Assembly: GCA_963693095.2 (NCBI GenBank)
Contig: OY843768.1
Location: 1,408,001 to 1,472,000 of the forward strand
Length of the DNA: 64,000 nucleotides
Origin: Cenarchaeum sp.
Lineage (GTDB): Archaea > Thermoproteota > Nitrososphaeria > Nitrososphaerales > Nitrosopumilaceae
Direction of reading: 5' to 3'
Shown: piece after piece, positions 28,950-39,354 of the stretch
Numbering within the stretch: position 1 is the first letter of the stretch
Layout of the letters: each line of letters starts with the position of its first letter
Translations under genes and position numbers: made by a program
The notes under the pieces: generated by a model
Databases searched by the model: none
What the model saw: the letters and a program-made list of their open reading frames with translations, nothing else
Told to the model about the DNA's origin: nothing

Positions 28950-30249
28950 ATCTCCTCCGTGGGCCCCTAGGACCCTTTTTGCCCTGGCCCCGTGACCCCT
29001 CCTGTCGCTCGCGGCCGTCACGGCGTCCGCGGCCGTCGCGGCCGTCGCGGCGCGGCGGACCGCCATGCCTAGAGCCCCCATGGCGCGGGGCATCCTGGCG
29101 CGCGCCGCGATCCCCAGGGCGCGCACCCTCGCGTGGCTCGGGGCGCGGAACAGTGCCGATCTCCCTGACGCGCACGTTGAGCTTTTCAAGGAGCGTCTCG
29201 TTGAGGCCGCCGCCATAGACGTCAACGCGCGCGGCAATTGCGGCCTTTGAGGCTATCGCGCGCGCCATCCGCCCGCGCTGCCAGCGCGGCGCAGCATGAA
29301 CCAGCGCGTGCTGAAAGAGCAGGCCGTGCTTTGGCGGCAGCGCGCCAGTCTTTAGCGATCGAAAGAGCGCCTTCTCGGCGCCGAGAACCTGTATGCTGCT
29401 AGCCGGCATCGTCGCAAGCCTCGTGAGGCTGCCGGCCCGCGATATCACGCGCGCGCCAATGAGCGCGCCGAGTATTGCAGACGTGTTTGGCGCAACGCTT
29501 TCCATCTCGGCGTTCACGTGGGCCTCGAGCTCGTGGCGGTGCGCCGATAGGTGCAGTATGTGCTCGGCTAGATCACGAACCATGGCCAGGCTTCCGGCTG
29601 CAATCTCGCCACCGCGGCTCTTTGGCGCCATGAGAAGAACCATCTCGGCGACAGACTTGTCGAGTCCAGCCTCGGTGAGTGACTCGCCTGATATGCCAGC
29701 ACGATCGCCGATGCGCGCGACGCGCGCGTATGGCGCAATGCCGTCGATGACGTTCTCTAGCTCGGGAAAGTGGAGGCCATACCACTCGCGCAACCGCGAG
29801 TTGTGCCCGTTGAGTGCCCTGTCGGCCTCATCCATCGCGCGAATCGCCTGGATAATGTGCGCGTCTGGACTCTGCGAGGCCTCACTCACTTTTGCCGAGG
29901 ACAGGCCCATCGCAAAGTCGCGCAGCTTTGAGGCCGCATCCTCCTCGCCAGACGCAAATCCCGCCTCCACAAGTATCGCTATCTTGTCAGCCTGTATCCT
30001 TGAGACCTCGGACTCTTCAAGGGCGCGCGCCTCCACTGACCGTGCGCGAAGCGCGTCAAGCAGGGCCTCGTCATTCACCGTGACGCCCGAGTCAAGCGAC
30101 TCGGCGTGTGCCACGAGCGCGTCGATCTCGCCCTCGCCGCGCCTGATCGCCATGTACTCGGCGGCCGCATCGGCGAACGGGAAGGAGGCCACGCGCCTCG
30201 AGCCGTCGAGGGCGACGATGCCAAGCTCGGTGAGCACGATTGACTGCAT
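28906..30249 (-). CDS. nop5: C/D-box RNP protein Nop5 (Nop56/58) with an Arg/Gly-rich tail
   Basis: RLREWYGLHFPEL, PASSIQVLGAEKALF, PPKHGLLFQ. Confidence 0.95.
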   Translation of the reverse strand: MQSIVLTELGIVALDGSRRVASFPFADAAAEYMAIRRGEGEIDALVAHAESLDSGVTVNDEALLDALRARSVEARALEESEVSRIQADKIAILVEAGFASGEEDAASKLRDFAMGLSSAKVSEASQSPDAHIIQAIRAMDEADRALNGHNSRLREWYGLHFPELENVIDGIAPYARVARIGDRAGISGESLTEAGLDKSVAEMVLLMAPKSRGGEIAAGSLAMVRDLAEHILHLSAHRHELEAHVNAEMESVAPNTSAILGALIGARVISRAGSLTRLATMPASSIQVLGAEKALFRSLKTGALPPKHGLLFQHALVHAAPRWQRGRMARAIASKAAIAARVDVYGGGLNETLLEKLNVRVREIGTVPRPEPREGARPGDRGARQDAPRHGGSRHGGPPRRDGRDGRGRRDGRERQEGSRGQGKKGPRGPRRRFDKKGRRGSRDNRA

Positions 30250-30451
30250 GCGTGGCGCGCCTCGTCGGCTCGGTTAAAAATGCTGTTTGGGAGACGCAAG
30301 CCCAGGCAGGGCGGTGAACTGCCCCGCACATGTGCAGAGATGATGATGAAAACATCATGTTTTAATATGATGTGTGGTCTAATCACTAGAAAGCCAATTT
30401 TCAAGTGTCTAAAAATAGAGTATTAATATAACATAATTGATATGTGTGGCC

Positions 30452-31639
30452 ATGCCAAGAACCACGTGGGACACGAGCGGGTTCACAAAGCCCAACGGTC
30501 GGTTTGTGAGCACACAGGCCGGAATCAAGGCATTCGTCCCCAATCCGCTCCCGGCGAAATGGACGGCGCACGGACAGCTCCTCAACATGTACGTAAGGGC
30601 CGAGAAGGCCATGAGCTCCCTAAACACGGTTGCAAACATGATTGGCGTGACGGACCTTTTGACAGCGCTCTATATACGAAACGAGGCCGTTCAGAGCTCC
30701 ATAATAGAGGGCACGCTGGCAAGCCTGGAGGACCTGTTGCAGTATGAGGCGGCCAAACACATCGATGAAGAGGAGGCAGATCGTCTAAGCATGGCAGAAG
30801 TCTCCAATTGCGTAAAGGCCATGGAAGAGTCAATGGAGGAGGTTACAAAAACTGGTGAGATCGACATTGACCTGGTAAAAACAGCACATCGCACACTATG
30901 GAGCAGAGTTCGCGGACAGGAGATGAATATTGGCACATTAAGGAGGGGGCAAAATGCCATACAAAATGGGAGAGGAGACATTGTGTTTGTGCCGCCTCCG
31001 CCTGATCATGCAGAATCCCTCATGGAAGAGCTCATTAGGTTTATGTCAGTTAAACAGCCTGAAATTCCAACCCTTGTTCAATGCGCCATGGCACACTATC
31101 AGTTCGAGACAATTCATCCGTTTGGGGACGGAAATGGACGTGTGGGCCGTATGCTCATACCGCTCATACTTGCCAAAAATGGTGAACTAGGCAAACCAGT
31201 GTTACAGCTTGGAGAATATCTTGCGGCAAATAGGTCAGAGTACTATATGCGCCTGGAGATGATAAGCCAGAAATCAGATTGGGACGGGTGGTGTATGCTG
31301 TTCATGCGGGCATTTGCTGAACAGGCCGAAGCGGCCACAAGGAACATTATAGCCATGGCCGAGATTCAAGACAGATATGCCAAAATGGTCTCAGGAACCG
31401 GCCGTTCCATAGCCGCGCGCACGCTGGAGCTGCTGTTCTCAAACCCCTACATTACCACGCGGCGTGTGCAGGAGGACCTCAGGGTGTCACACACCGGTGC
31501 CTCGCGCGGCATAGCACGGCTAGAAGAGATGGGCATCCTCACAAAAATCCCGAGCGCGCGACGCAGGCGCATCTGGGTCGCCACGGAGATCATCGACACT
31601 ATGCGCAGTGCCGTGCCCACAGGCACGACACTCGTGTAA
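30452..31639 (+). CDS. Fic-family AMP-transferase with N-terminal autoinhibitory helix and C-terminal wHTH
   Basis: HPFGDGNGRVGR Fic motif, SSIIEG inhibitory motif; lower GC than flanks. Confidence 0.92.
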   Translation: MPRTTWDTSGFTKPNGRFVSTQAGIKAFVPNPLPAKWTAHGQLLNMYVRAEKAMSSLNTVANMIGVTDLLTALYIRNEAVQSSIIEGTLASLEDLLQYEAAKHIDEEEADRLSMAEVSNCVKAMEESMEEVTKTGEIDIDLVKTAHRTLWSRVRGQEMNIGTLRRGQNAIQNGRGDIVFVPPPPDHAESLMEELIRFMSVKQPEIPTLVQCAMAHYQFETIHPFGDGNGRVGRMLIPLILAKNGELGKPVLQLGEYLAANRSEYYMRLEMISQKSDWDGWCMLFMRAFAEQAEAATRNIIAMAEIQDRYAKMVSGTGRSIAARTLELLFSNPYITTRRVQEDLRVSHTGASRGIARLEEMGILTKIPSARRRRIWVATEIIDTMRSAVPTGTTLV

Positions 31640-31672
31640 CCGTTATATCGCAACGTCAGCAGCAGGGGTGCG

Positions 31673-32581
31673 ATGGCAGCATCATTGGAGACGCGCGTGG
31701 GCCCGCTCACGCTCTCATCACCGACGATGCTCGCCTCGGGCATACTCGGCATATCAACAGACGTGTTTGCGCGCATACTTGGGGCCGGAGCCGGAGCCAT
31801 AGTCACAAAGTCGCTCAGCACCGAGGCCTGGGAGGGCTATGCAAACCCCACGGTCATAGGGGCAGCCGGCGGCGGGTGGCTAAACGCAGTGGGCCTCTCA
31901 AACCCTGGTGCTGCCGAGTTTGCCGCGATGCTGCGCGCCTCACCAGACACGCCGGCGATCGTCAGCCTGGTAGGCTCCTCGGAGGCGGACTTTGAGCGCA
32001 TGGTCGCCGAGTTTGACGGCTGCAACGTCATCGCGTACGAGCTAAACCTGTCGTGCCCGCACGTCGCCAAGGTCGGCCTCGAGGTCGGCGATGACGTCGA
32101 GCTAGTCGGCAGGATCGTAGAGTCCACGCGGCGCGCATCGCGCGTGCCCGTCATCGCAAAGGTCGGACTCGGAACCGCCGACTATATGGAGACAGTCAGG
32201 GCAGCAGTTGACGCGGGAGCCGGCGCGATAACTGCAATAAACACGATACGCGCGATGGCCATAGACGCCGAGGCCGCACGACCGATCCTGAGCAACAGGT
32301 TTGGCGGACTGTCAGGCACGCCGATAAAGCCCGTCGCACTCCGTTGCGTGTATGAGATAGCGTCACGCCACGATGTTCCAGTTATCGGGTGCGGTGGAGT
32401 CTCGACGTGGGAGGATGCCGTCGAGTTTATCCTAGCCGGCGCGTGCGCAGTCCAGGTCGGCAGCGCGCTAGCCGGCGGCAATGTCAAGGTGTTCGGTGAG
32501 ATCAACTCTGGAATTGCGCAATACATGGACCGCAAGGGTCACACGTCGGTGTCAGGAATGGTGGGAATTGCAAGGCAATAG
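31673..32581 (+). CDS. pyrD: dihydroorotate dehydrogenase, catalytic subunit (family 1B)
   Basis: NAVGLSNPG, ELNLSCPH, GGLSGTPIKP, IGCGGV. Confidence 0.95.
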   Translation: MAASLETRVGPLTLSSPTMLASGILGISTDVFARILGAGAGAIVTKSLSTEAWEGYANPTVIGAAGGGWLNAVGLSNPGAAEFAAMLRASPDTPAIVSLVGSSEADFERMVAEFDGCNVIAYELNLSCPHVAKVGLEVGDDVELVGRIVESTRRASRVPVIAKVGLGTADYMETVRAAVDAGAGAITAINTIRAMAIDAEAARPILSNRFGGLSGTPIKPVALRCVYEIASRHDVPVIGCGGVSTWEDAVEFILAGACAVQVGSALAGGNVKVFGEINSGIAQYMDRKGHTSVSGMVGIARQ

Positions 32582-33377
32582 CGCGCCGTCGATGAGGACG
32601 ATAGTCTCAGTGCGTGATGAGACGCCGACGGTGCGCACACTAGAGTTCGCCGACGGTGCACTCGCCGGTGCGCTTGCCGGCCAGTTTGTCATGGTGTGGG
32701 TTCCCGGCAAGGGCGAGCTGCCAATGAGCATCATGGTCTCCGAGACTGCAGGCCACGCCGCACTGACCGTGCGAACGCACGGCCCGTCCTCCCGCGCCCT
32801 CTATTCGACTCCCGTCGGCGGCCTTGTCGGCATCCGCGGGCCGTATGGCAACTCGTTTGGGGTTCGCGGGCGCAACGTTCTCCTCGCTGGCGGCGGCACA
32901 GGCCTGGTGCCGCTCATGCGCCTCATCGCACAGTCACCACCAGATGCGCGCATAACGCTGGCGATGGGGGCTCGCACGGCCGAGGAGGTCTTTTTTGAGG
33001 AGATCGCCGCGCGCCTTGCCGGCCCGAGGAGCCTCGAGGTCGTCGTGGCCACCGATGACGGGACACGCGGAGAGGCCGGAACCGTCGTCGATGCCGTGGG
33101 GCGCATCCTCGAGTCTGGCTCCTTTGACTCGGCACACACGTGCGGGCCGGAGCCCATGATGAGGGGCGTCGTCGACGCTGCCCGCTCAAGGGGCGTCTTT
33201 GTGCAGGCGAGCATCGAGCGCGTCATGAAGTGCGGCGTAGGCATATGCGGGAGCTGCGCAATGGACGCAAGCCTCGTGTGCTGCGACGGAACCGTCCTCG
33301 ACGGGGAGCGCCTGGCGGCTAGCGGCGAGTTTGGGCGCACATACCGCTCAAAGTCAGGCGTGCGCACGCCCTACTAG
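32568..33377 (+). CDS. pyrK: dihydroorotate dehydrogenase electron transfer subunit
   Basis: GQFVMVW, RGPYGNSF, GGGTG, CGPEPMM, MKCGVGICGSC. Confidence 0.93.
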   Translation: MQGNSAPSMRTIVSVRDETPTVRTLEFADGALAGALAGQFVMVWVPGKGELPMSIMVSETAGHAALTVRTHGPSSRALYSTPVGGLVGIRGPYGNSFGVRGRNVLLAGGGTGLVPLMRLIAQSPPDARITLAMGARTAEEVFFEEIAARLAGPRSLEVVVATDDGTRGEAGTVVDAVGRILESGSFDSAHTCGPEPMMRGVVDAARSRGVFVQASIERVMKCGVGICGSCAMDASLVCCDGTVLDGERLAASGEFGRTYRSKSGVRTPY

Positions 33378-33565
33378 GGCACAGTCGCCGATCTCGGGCT
33401 GCGCTTCCCGCCACGCGCGGATCCGGCGCCCTGGCGCATACTTTGGTCGATTTTATGCGCAGTATCATGCAATATAGGCCCCAAAAGGCCCCATATTGGG
33501 CGGTTTTATGGCGTTTTGCCCCCCACATGACCCGCAAGACTTAAAATAATTCATGCGCGCCCTCG

Positions 33566-35308
33566 ATGACGAAACCAAGGATGGGCCACCCCAAAATTGT
33601 CCTCACGGCCGACCGTACGCTCATGTCCCCCTACAGGAACATATCGCTTGCCACGTTCTTTGGCTGCGCGCCGGCCCTTGACCCCCACAGGGACAAGGGG
33701 AGCTTTTGGTACAAGGTCCTAGGCAACCAGGTCACGCCACGCATACTCTTTGACTTTATCTGCAACCCCATCCCCAACACAAACGGCGTGGCGGACTTTG
33801 CCCCCTATGGCCTGCGCAAGATCGAGGCCGGCCTCCTCAGGGACGGCTATGCGCGCGAGGACGTCGTAGTCGCGCATCCTGACCACGTCGAAAAGTTCAT
33901 TGGGCCAGAAACTGAGGTCGTCGGAACCTACGAGATGGACCCACTCGGCATGGGTCCGGTCACGATGACGTTCACGTACGGCAGAAAGCAGGTCTCATAT
34001 GACGAGTTCTACTGTGCGGATCTGCACAAGAGCATAAACGATGCCAAGAAAAAGAACAAGAGCAACGCAAAAGTCATCGCCGGCGCGTCAGGCACGTGGC
34101 AGTACAACTATGATCCCGAAAAGATAAAAGAGTACGGCCTCTATGCCATACTCGAAGGCGAGCTCGGCGGGATTGCCCCAGAGGTCGACGGCCATGCCGG
34201 CAGGTTCTTTGACCACCTAATCGCCGGTGACTTTGAGAACATGGACCCTTTCAAAAAGAATGACCGCTTCAAGGTCAACATAAAGGAGTTCACCCGCAAC
34301 GGCAAAAATATCCATGGCAGGTTTGTCAACTTTTGGGACAGGCCAGATATAGAGGACATACCGGACATCGTTGAGCCTAGCATGCACGGCATGGTCGAGG
34401 TCATGCGCGGGTGCGGTCGTGGGTGCAAGTTCTGCGACGTCACGCTCCGATCGCTTCGTTACTATCCGCCAGAGAAGGTAAAGCGCGAGATCGAGGTCAA
34501 CATCAAAAAGGGCGGTTCGCGCTCGGCGTGGATACACAGTGACGACATATTCGTGTACGGGATGGATCCCACAACGACGAAGAACATGGCGCCAAACAGG
34601 GAGGCACTCGAGGAACTCTTTGAGGCCATAATGTCAACTGGTGTCAATCACACAAACCCAACGCATGGCACGCTAGCCGGCGCGATAGCCGACGAGAGGC
34701 TCCTGCCAAACATATCAAAGACCATAAGGTCATCGGCCTCAAACCTGACGGGCATACAGTGCGGCCTTGAGACGGGCAGCCTGAGGCTCATCGAAAAGTA
34801 CGCCGACCGCAAGCTCGCCCCGTATGCGCCCTCCGAGTGGCACTGGGTCGTAAAGGAGGGCGTAAAGACGCTCAACGAGAACTATTGGATACCCGCATTC
34901 ACGCTCATCATGGGCCTTGACAACGACGAGACGCCAGAGGACTCGTGGGAGACCATACGCCTTCTCAGCGAGCTCGAGCGTGAGCAGCCTGACTCGATGT
35001 TTACGGCCACTCCCCTGACGTTTGTTCCCATAGGCCTCCTCGAAAAGTCCGAGTTCTTTAACATCGGCAACGAGATGGATCCCGCGCAGCTAGGCGTCAT
35101 GTACAAGACCTGGCAGCACAACTTCAAGTATGGCATACAAAAGTTCATGACAAAGACGGGCGGCGGGACGATCCTCAAAAAGGTGTTCTTTAACGGGATT
35201 GCGCGCACGCTTGGCGGCACGCCGCTAAAGGCCATGGAGAGCTATGCGCGCCGGAGCAGCCGCGAGCACGAGCGCGTCATCGAAAAGATAAGGGCAAATT
35301 ACCTCTAG
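33566..35308 (+). CDS. B12-binding-type radical SAM protein, probable GDGT ring synthase (Grs family)
   Basis: CGRGCKFC; N-terminal IVLTADRTLM and APYGLRKIEAGL resemble GrsA/GrsB as recalled. Radical SAM is secure; the Grs function is inferred. Confidence 0.7.
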   Translation: MTKPRMGHPKIVLTADRTLMSPYRNISLATFFGCAPALDPHRDKGSFWYKVLGNQVTPRILFDFICNPIPNTNGVADFAPYGLRKIEAGLLRDGYAREDVVVAHPDHVEKFIGPETEVVGTYEMDPLGMGPVTMTFTYGRKQVSYDEFYCADLHKSINDAKKKNKSNAKVIAGASGTWQYNYDPEKIKEYGLYAILEGELGGIAPEVDGHAGRFFDHLIAGDFENMDPFKKNDRFKVNIKEFTRNGKNIHGRFVNFWDRPDIEDIPDIVEPSMHGMVEVMRGCGRGCKFCDVTLRSLRYYPPEKVKREIEVNIKKGGSRSAWIHSDDIFVYGMDPTTTKNMAPNREALEELFEAIMSTGVNHTNPTHGTLAGAIADERLLPNISKTIRSSASNLTGIQCGLETGSLRLIEKYADRKLAPYAPSEWHWVVKEGVKTLNENYWIPAFTLIMGLDNDETPEDSWETIRLLSELEREQPDSMFTATPLTFVPIGLLEKSEFFNIGNEMDPAQLGVMYKTWQHNFKYGIQKFMTKTGGGTILKKVFFNGIARTLGGTPLKAMESYARRSSREHERVIEKIRANYL

Positions 35309-35320
35309 TGCGTGTCCGCA

Positions 35321-37288
35321 CTAGTCCGAACCGGCGCGCTTGTCGAGTATGTTGCCGAGGCGCGTGACGTCACTGGGCACATAGAGATCAACGAGCCAGT
35401 CGATGGCCACGCGCAGGCGCTTCTCGGCGCTAGGAAGGCGCGAGAGGTAATAGTTGCGCCAGAGGAGCCAGGCGAGGACGCCCTTTAGCCTGATCCCAAA
35501 GAGGAGCGCAACGCCGTCACGCTTTCCGATCATCGCCATTGAACCGGCTGACTCGTAGTCAAAGCGCCGTGGCGCGCGCCCGCCCTTTAGCGCCGCAGTG
35601 ACGTTGTGTGCCGCAACAGACGCCTGGCGTATGGCGTTCTGCGCAGTCGGCGGGTACGGCCTGTCGGTTCGCGAGTCGATGAGGTGCGCACAGTCGCCTA
35701 GCGCATGGACCTCGGGGTGGCCGGCGAGCTGCAGCCACTCGTTGACCATGACGCGCCCGCCTGATCCGTGTTCTGCATCAAGGGACGCTATGACCGGCGA
35801 TGCCTTCACGCCGCCTGCCCAGACTGTGGTCATGCACGGTATGACCGTCCCGTCACTAAGCGTCGCCGAGTCAGGCTCGACTGAGGCGAGCTTTACGCCC
35901 CTTAGTATCTCGATTCCGCTCCGTGCCATTGCCTTCTCGGCATACTCGCCGAGGTCGCCGATCTCCGGCAGTATGCGGCCCGAGGAGACGAGGATGACCC
36001 TAATGGCGCCCGGCTCGATATTGCGATAATAGCGCTCGGCTGACTCGGTCACAAAGTCCTGGATCGCGCCGGCCGTCTCCACGCCAGAAAATCCGCCGCC
36101 GACTATGACAAACGTCGCCATGCGGGACTGCGCGTCCACGTCATCCTCCTGGTCTGCGCTCTCTAGCATCATGATTAGCCGGTTGCGCAGCGAGAGCGCA
36201 TCCTCTAGCGTCTTTATTGTGAGCGCGTTCTCCTCGACGCTCTTGTTTCCGTAATAGTTGGTCTCGCCTCCGAGTGCGAGGACGAGGTGGTCATAGTTCA
36301 TCTCGACGGCCTTGCCGTCCATCCTGCGCCTGATCGTTGCGGTTCGCGAGTCAAGGTCGATCGACTCGACGCTTGCGTGATAGTAGCGTGCGCGCCGGCA
36401 GAATGTCCTTATCGGCGTCGATATGTGGCGCGGCTCGACGTGACCCGTGGCCATCTCGGCGAGTAGCGGCGTGCTGAGGAAAAAGTTGTCCTCGCTGACT
36501 ATTGTGATGCCCGTGTCAACAGAGTCCTCAAACTCGCGCTGGAGCCGGCGCAGGACGCCAACTCCGGCATATCCGCCGCCGAGTATGAGGATGCGGCGCA
36601 GGAGTGGTGAGCCGCTCCCGTGCATGCGCGCCACGTGCTGCGCGTACGTCGCCCTCTTGGAGAACTCGATGTCACACCTGTGGCAGCGATAGTTGGCGCC
36701 AAATCGGCGCGTCAGTGCCGATGCGATGATTCCGACTGTGAGTCCCCATATTATGTGCGATATCGCCGAGTCCGTCAGGACCACGGCGGCGTCAAGCTGC
36801 GTGGCTGCCATCGAGGGCATGTCAGCGGCAAGACCCGCAGCAGCCGGATCTATGATTGCCATCGAGACGGGAATTGCAAAGGCGACGAGAACCGTGAGGC
36901 CCACGATGATTCCGTACGCGACACCGTTGCGAATGCGCGAGAGGCTTATCCCAAACACCCTATAGAGGACGACTCCGGCGACTATGCCGATCGAGGTCGC
37001 CACGAGCATGTGAAGCACGAGGCCGGCCAACGGCTCGCCAGAGCCGACTATGCGCGCGATGACGAGGAGGAGGCGCAAATAGTCGTTGCCCCCTATAGTC
37101 GTGGCGTATATCTGCGAGGCGTGCATGAGCATCGCGCCGGCTAGCGAGCCGGCCACGACAAAGGCGACCTCGCGGCGAAGCGAATAGTTGACGCGCGGCT
37201 CATCTAGCGTGCTGTGCACCGCCGGAGTGCCGGCAGTCTCCCCTGTCACACGGATCGGCGTGGCGGGGGGCAATATGTGGGTGCGCAT
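35321..37288 (-). CDS. type II NADH dehydrogenase-like flavoprotein fused to a 4-TM domain and a C2H2 finger
   Basis: ILGGGYAG, IVGGGFSGVE, ALGDCA, PTAQNAIRQ; CHRC-x12-H-x4-H finger; start uncertain. Confidence 0.85.
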   Translation of the reverse strand: MRTHILPPATPIRVTGETAGTPAVHSTLDEPRVNYSLRREVAFVVAGSLAGAMLMHASQIYATTIGGNDYLRLLLVIARIVGSGEPLAGLVLHMLVATSIGIVAGVVLYRVFGISLSRIRNGVAYGIIVGLTVLVAFAIPVSMAIIDPAAAGLAADMPSMAATQLDAAVVLTDSAISHIIWGLTVGIIASALTRRFGANYRCHRCDIEFSKRATYAQHVARMHGSGSPLLRRILILGGGYAGVGVLRRLQREFEDSVDTGITIVSEDNFFLSTPLLAEMATGHVEPRHISTPIRTFCRRARYYHASVESIDLDSRTATIRRRMDGKAVEMNYDHLVLALGGETNYYGNKSVEENALTIKTLEDALSLRNRLIMMLESADQEDDVDAQSRMATFVIVGGGFSGVETAGAIQDFVTESAERYYRNIEPGAIRVILVSSGRILPEIGDLGEYAEKAMARSGIEILRGVKLASVEPDSATLSDGTVIPCMTTVWAGGVKASPVIASLDAEHGSGGRVMVNEWLQLAGHPEVHALGDCAHLIDSRTDRPYPPTAQNAIRQASVAAHNVTAALKGGRAPRRFDYESAGSMAMIGKRDGVALLFGIRLKGVLAWLLWRNYYLSRLPSAEKRLRVAIDWLVDLYVPSDVTRLGNILDKRAGSD

Positions 37289-37340
37289 TGGGCAGACCCT
37301 CAATAGCGTTAAATCTAGACCCCGTGGGTGGGGCGCAGTC

Positions 37341-38537
37341 ATGGGTGAGTTTGACGAGTTTGCCGAGGCCCTCCTGGACCAGCTCTCCGTGGAGGTCTCC
37401 GAGGAGCGCGAGATGGAGAGGCTCGCCGGCGACATAGCCGGCGATGCGGACTTTGACGTCTCATTTGAGGCCCTCGATGCCCTCGCCGAGTCCACGCTAA
37501 GCGAGATGGTACGCCTCGCCGAGGAAGTCACTGGCCTCAAGGTCGCCGACGGGCTGCACGTGGAGATAACAGGGTTAGATGACTTTAAGGCACTCAAGGC
37601 AAAAAAGGTCTATGCGCAGGGAGACGCGCGCGAACACGTCAGGCGACTCTTTGCGGCAGTCGCAGCGCAGGACACTGGTGCCATAGCGAGCCTGGCCAAG
37701 GACGACACGGCGCGCTTTCTGGTCTATTCGACATACGCAAAGGCGTATCTCTCAAAGATATCGACGACGTACGGCGACTATATGGACTCGACGATACACC
37801 TCAACTCGTTCATACTCGCGCGCTATCCGCAGATAATACTGTACAGGCAGGGCAAGCCGTACGCCGCGCGCCATGGCGCAGTCAGGTCAGGATACATCGG
37901 TGCCGTAAAGATGACGATCCTCGAGGAGGCGGTACACTCGATGCAGGAGCCGCTCCACAAGGCCAACGAGGCTGCAGTCTCCAAGGTCAACGCGCTAAAC
38001 GAGGAGCTCGCCGCGTCGATCATCGCACTCGATGACTCCACTGCGGCAAGCCTTTCAGAGTACCTAAAGCTGCCGCCCGTGCCCGATGACTTTGCAGTCG
38101 CAAGGCGCGCAAACCTGTTTTTCACGCTAAATCCGGACAACTTTGTCGCGCGCGTCCTCGGGCCTGACGTCATGACATACAGCAGAGTCGAAGTGGATCC
38201 AAAGATAGGCGAGATGGTGCCAGGACTCGCCGACATATACGCAAGGTGGCTTGGCCCCATACAGGCCCACCATGCGGCGTTCACCGTCATGGAGGGCATG
38301 GCAGAGTTTACAGTCAGGGAGGCCCTGTCGGGGGATGCGGACTTTGACATGTACCTGCAGACGTTCATGGGAACCGACATGACGTCATATGGCGTGCGAA
38401 AGAGCATAGGGCGCGACTTTGTCGCCGCGGCGCACAAGGGCATCGGGCAGGGCGCCTTTGGCGAGATGCTGCGCCGCACGCCGACGACAAGGGACCTAAA
38501 GGACCCCTCGGCGTGGCTTGGGACCACACGCGCATAG
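37341..38537 (+). CDS. hypothetical protein, zincin-like (degenerate HExxH)
   Basis: ILEEAVHSMQ and TVMEGMAEF motifs; host codon usage. Confidence 0.7.
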   Translation: MGEFDEFAEALLDQLSVEVSEEREMERLAGDIAGDADFDVSFEALDALAESTLSEMVRLAEEVTGLKVADGLHVEITGLDDFKALKAKKVYAQGDAREHVRRLFAAVAAQDTGAIASLAKDDTARFLVYSTYAKAYLSKISTTYGDYMDSTIHLNSFILARYPQIILYRQGKPYAARHGAVRSGYIGAVKMTILEEAVHSMQEPLHKANEAAVSKVNALNEELAASIIALDDSTAASLSEYLKLPPVPDDFAVARRANLFFTLNPDNFVARVLGPDVMTYSRVEVDPKIGEMVPGLADIYARWLGPIQAHHAAFTVMEGMAEFTVREALSGDADFDMYLQTFMGTDMTSYGVRKSIGRDFVAAAHKGIGQGAFGEMLRRTPTTRDLKDPSAWLGTTRA

Positions 38538-38541
38538 CGCC

Positions 38542-39354
38542 ATGCCCGCGTTTGACCCGTTTCTAGCCGAGTGGTCGTCCTTTGCGACTGATGCGCGCTA
38601 TAGTCTCGTCGAGCGCGGCCTAAAGATGGCCCAGCTCCTCGAGTATCCAGACCTTGACATGTCCGCATATGTCGCCAAGCTTGCGGCAATGCGCGAGTCA
38701 TTCAGGCTTGATATGGGCAGTGCAGCAGACACGTCATCGGTGATAGGCGCGCTCAACTCGCACGTCTTTGGGACGTGCGCGTTTAGGGGCGACTTTGAGG
38801 ACCACTATGACCCGCGAAACAACTTTCTCAACGAGGTCATCGACCGGCGGGTAGGAATCGCCATAACTGTCTCGATGGTCTACGCCGAGATAGCGCGCGG
38901 TGCGCGCCTCGAGATGAGGCTCATCAGCTTTCCCGGCCGCGTTCTCGTGGGACATGGCGCGACGGTAATCGATGCTGTCTCTGGCGGGCGTATACTAGGC
39001 GAGGACGACTTGCGCGCGCTCCTAAAGGCCACCGTGGGCCCGAACGCCGAGCCCACCGAGGACATCCTTGTGGGCGCAACACCAGAGAGGATGCTCGTGC
39101 GCCTCGCGCGAAACCTAAAACACTCGTACATGCACTCGTACGCGCACGACAGGGCATTGCGCTGCGCACGCATGGCCCTCGTCCTAGCGCCAGACTCGGC
39201 TGAGGACATGAGGGACTCTGGCCTCCTTGAGGCGCGCCTCCAGGATCGCCAGGGTGCCATAGAGCACCTTGGGCGCTACCTCGAGATGAACCCCAACGGG
39301 GACGACGTCGACCACGTCCTAGAGATTATACGTCAGATGCGCTCTAGTCGATGA
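38542..39354 (+). CDS. SirB1/transglutaminase-like protein with C-terminal TPR
   Basis: YDPRNNFLNEVIDRRVG, ISFPGR, RDSGLL...YLEMNP. Confidence 0.85.
   Translation: MPAFDPFLAEWSSFATDARYSLVERGLKMAQLLEYPDLDMSAYVAKLAAMRESFRLDMGSAADTSSVIGALNSHVFGTCAFRGDFEDHYDPRNNFLNEVIDRRVGIAITVSMVYAEIARGARLEMRLISFPGRVLVGHGATVIDAVSGGRILGEDDLRALLKATVGPNAEPTEDILVGATPERMLVRLARNLKHSYMHSYAHDRALRCARMALVLAPDSAEDMRDSGLLEARLQDRQGAIEHLGRYLEMNPNGDDVDHVLEIIRQMRSSR

Noticed and set aside
30300-30400. Possible C/D sRNA upstream of nop5 (ATGATGA present)
   Set aside because: No CTGA D or D' boxes at suitable spacing and no terminal stem
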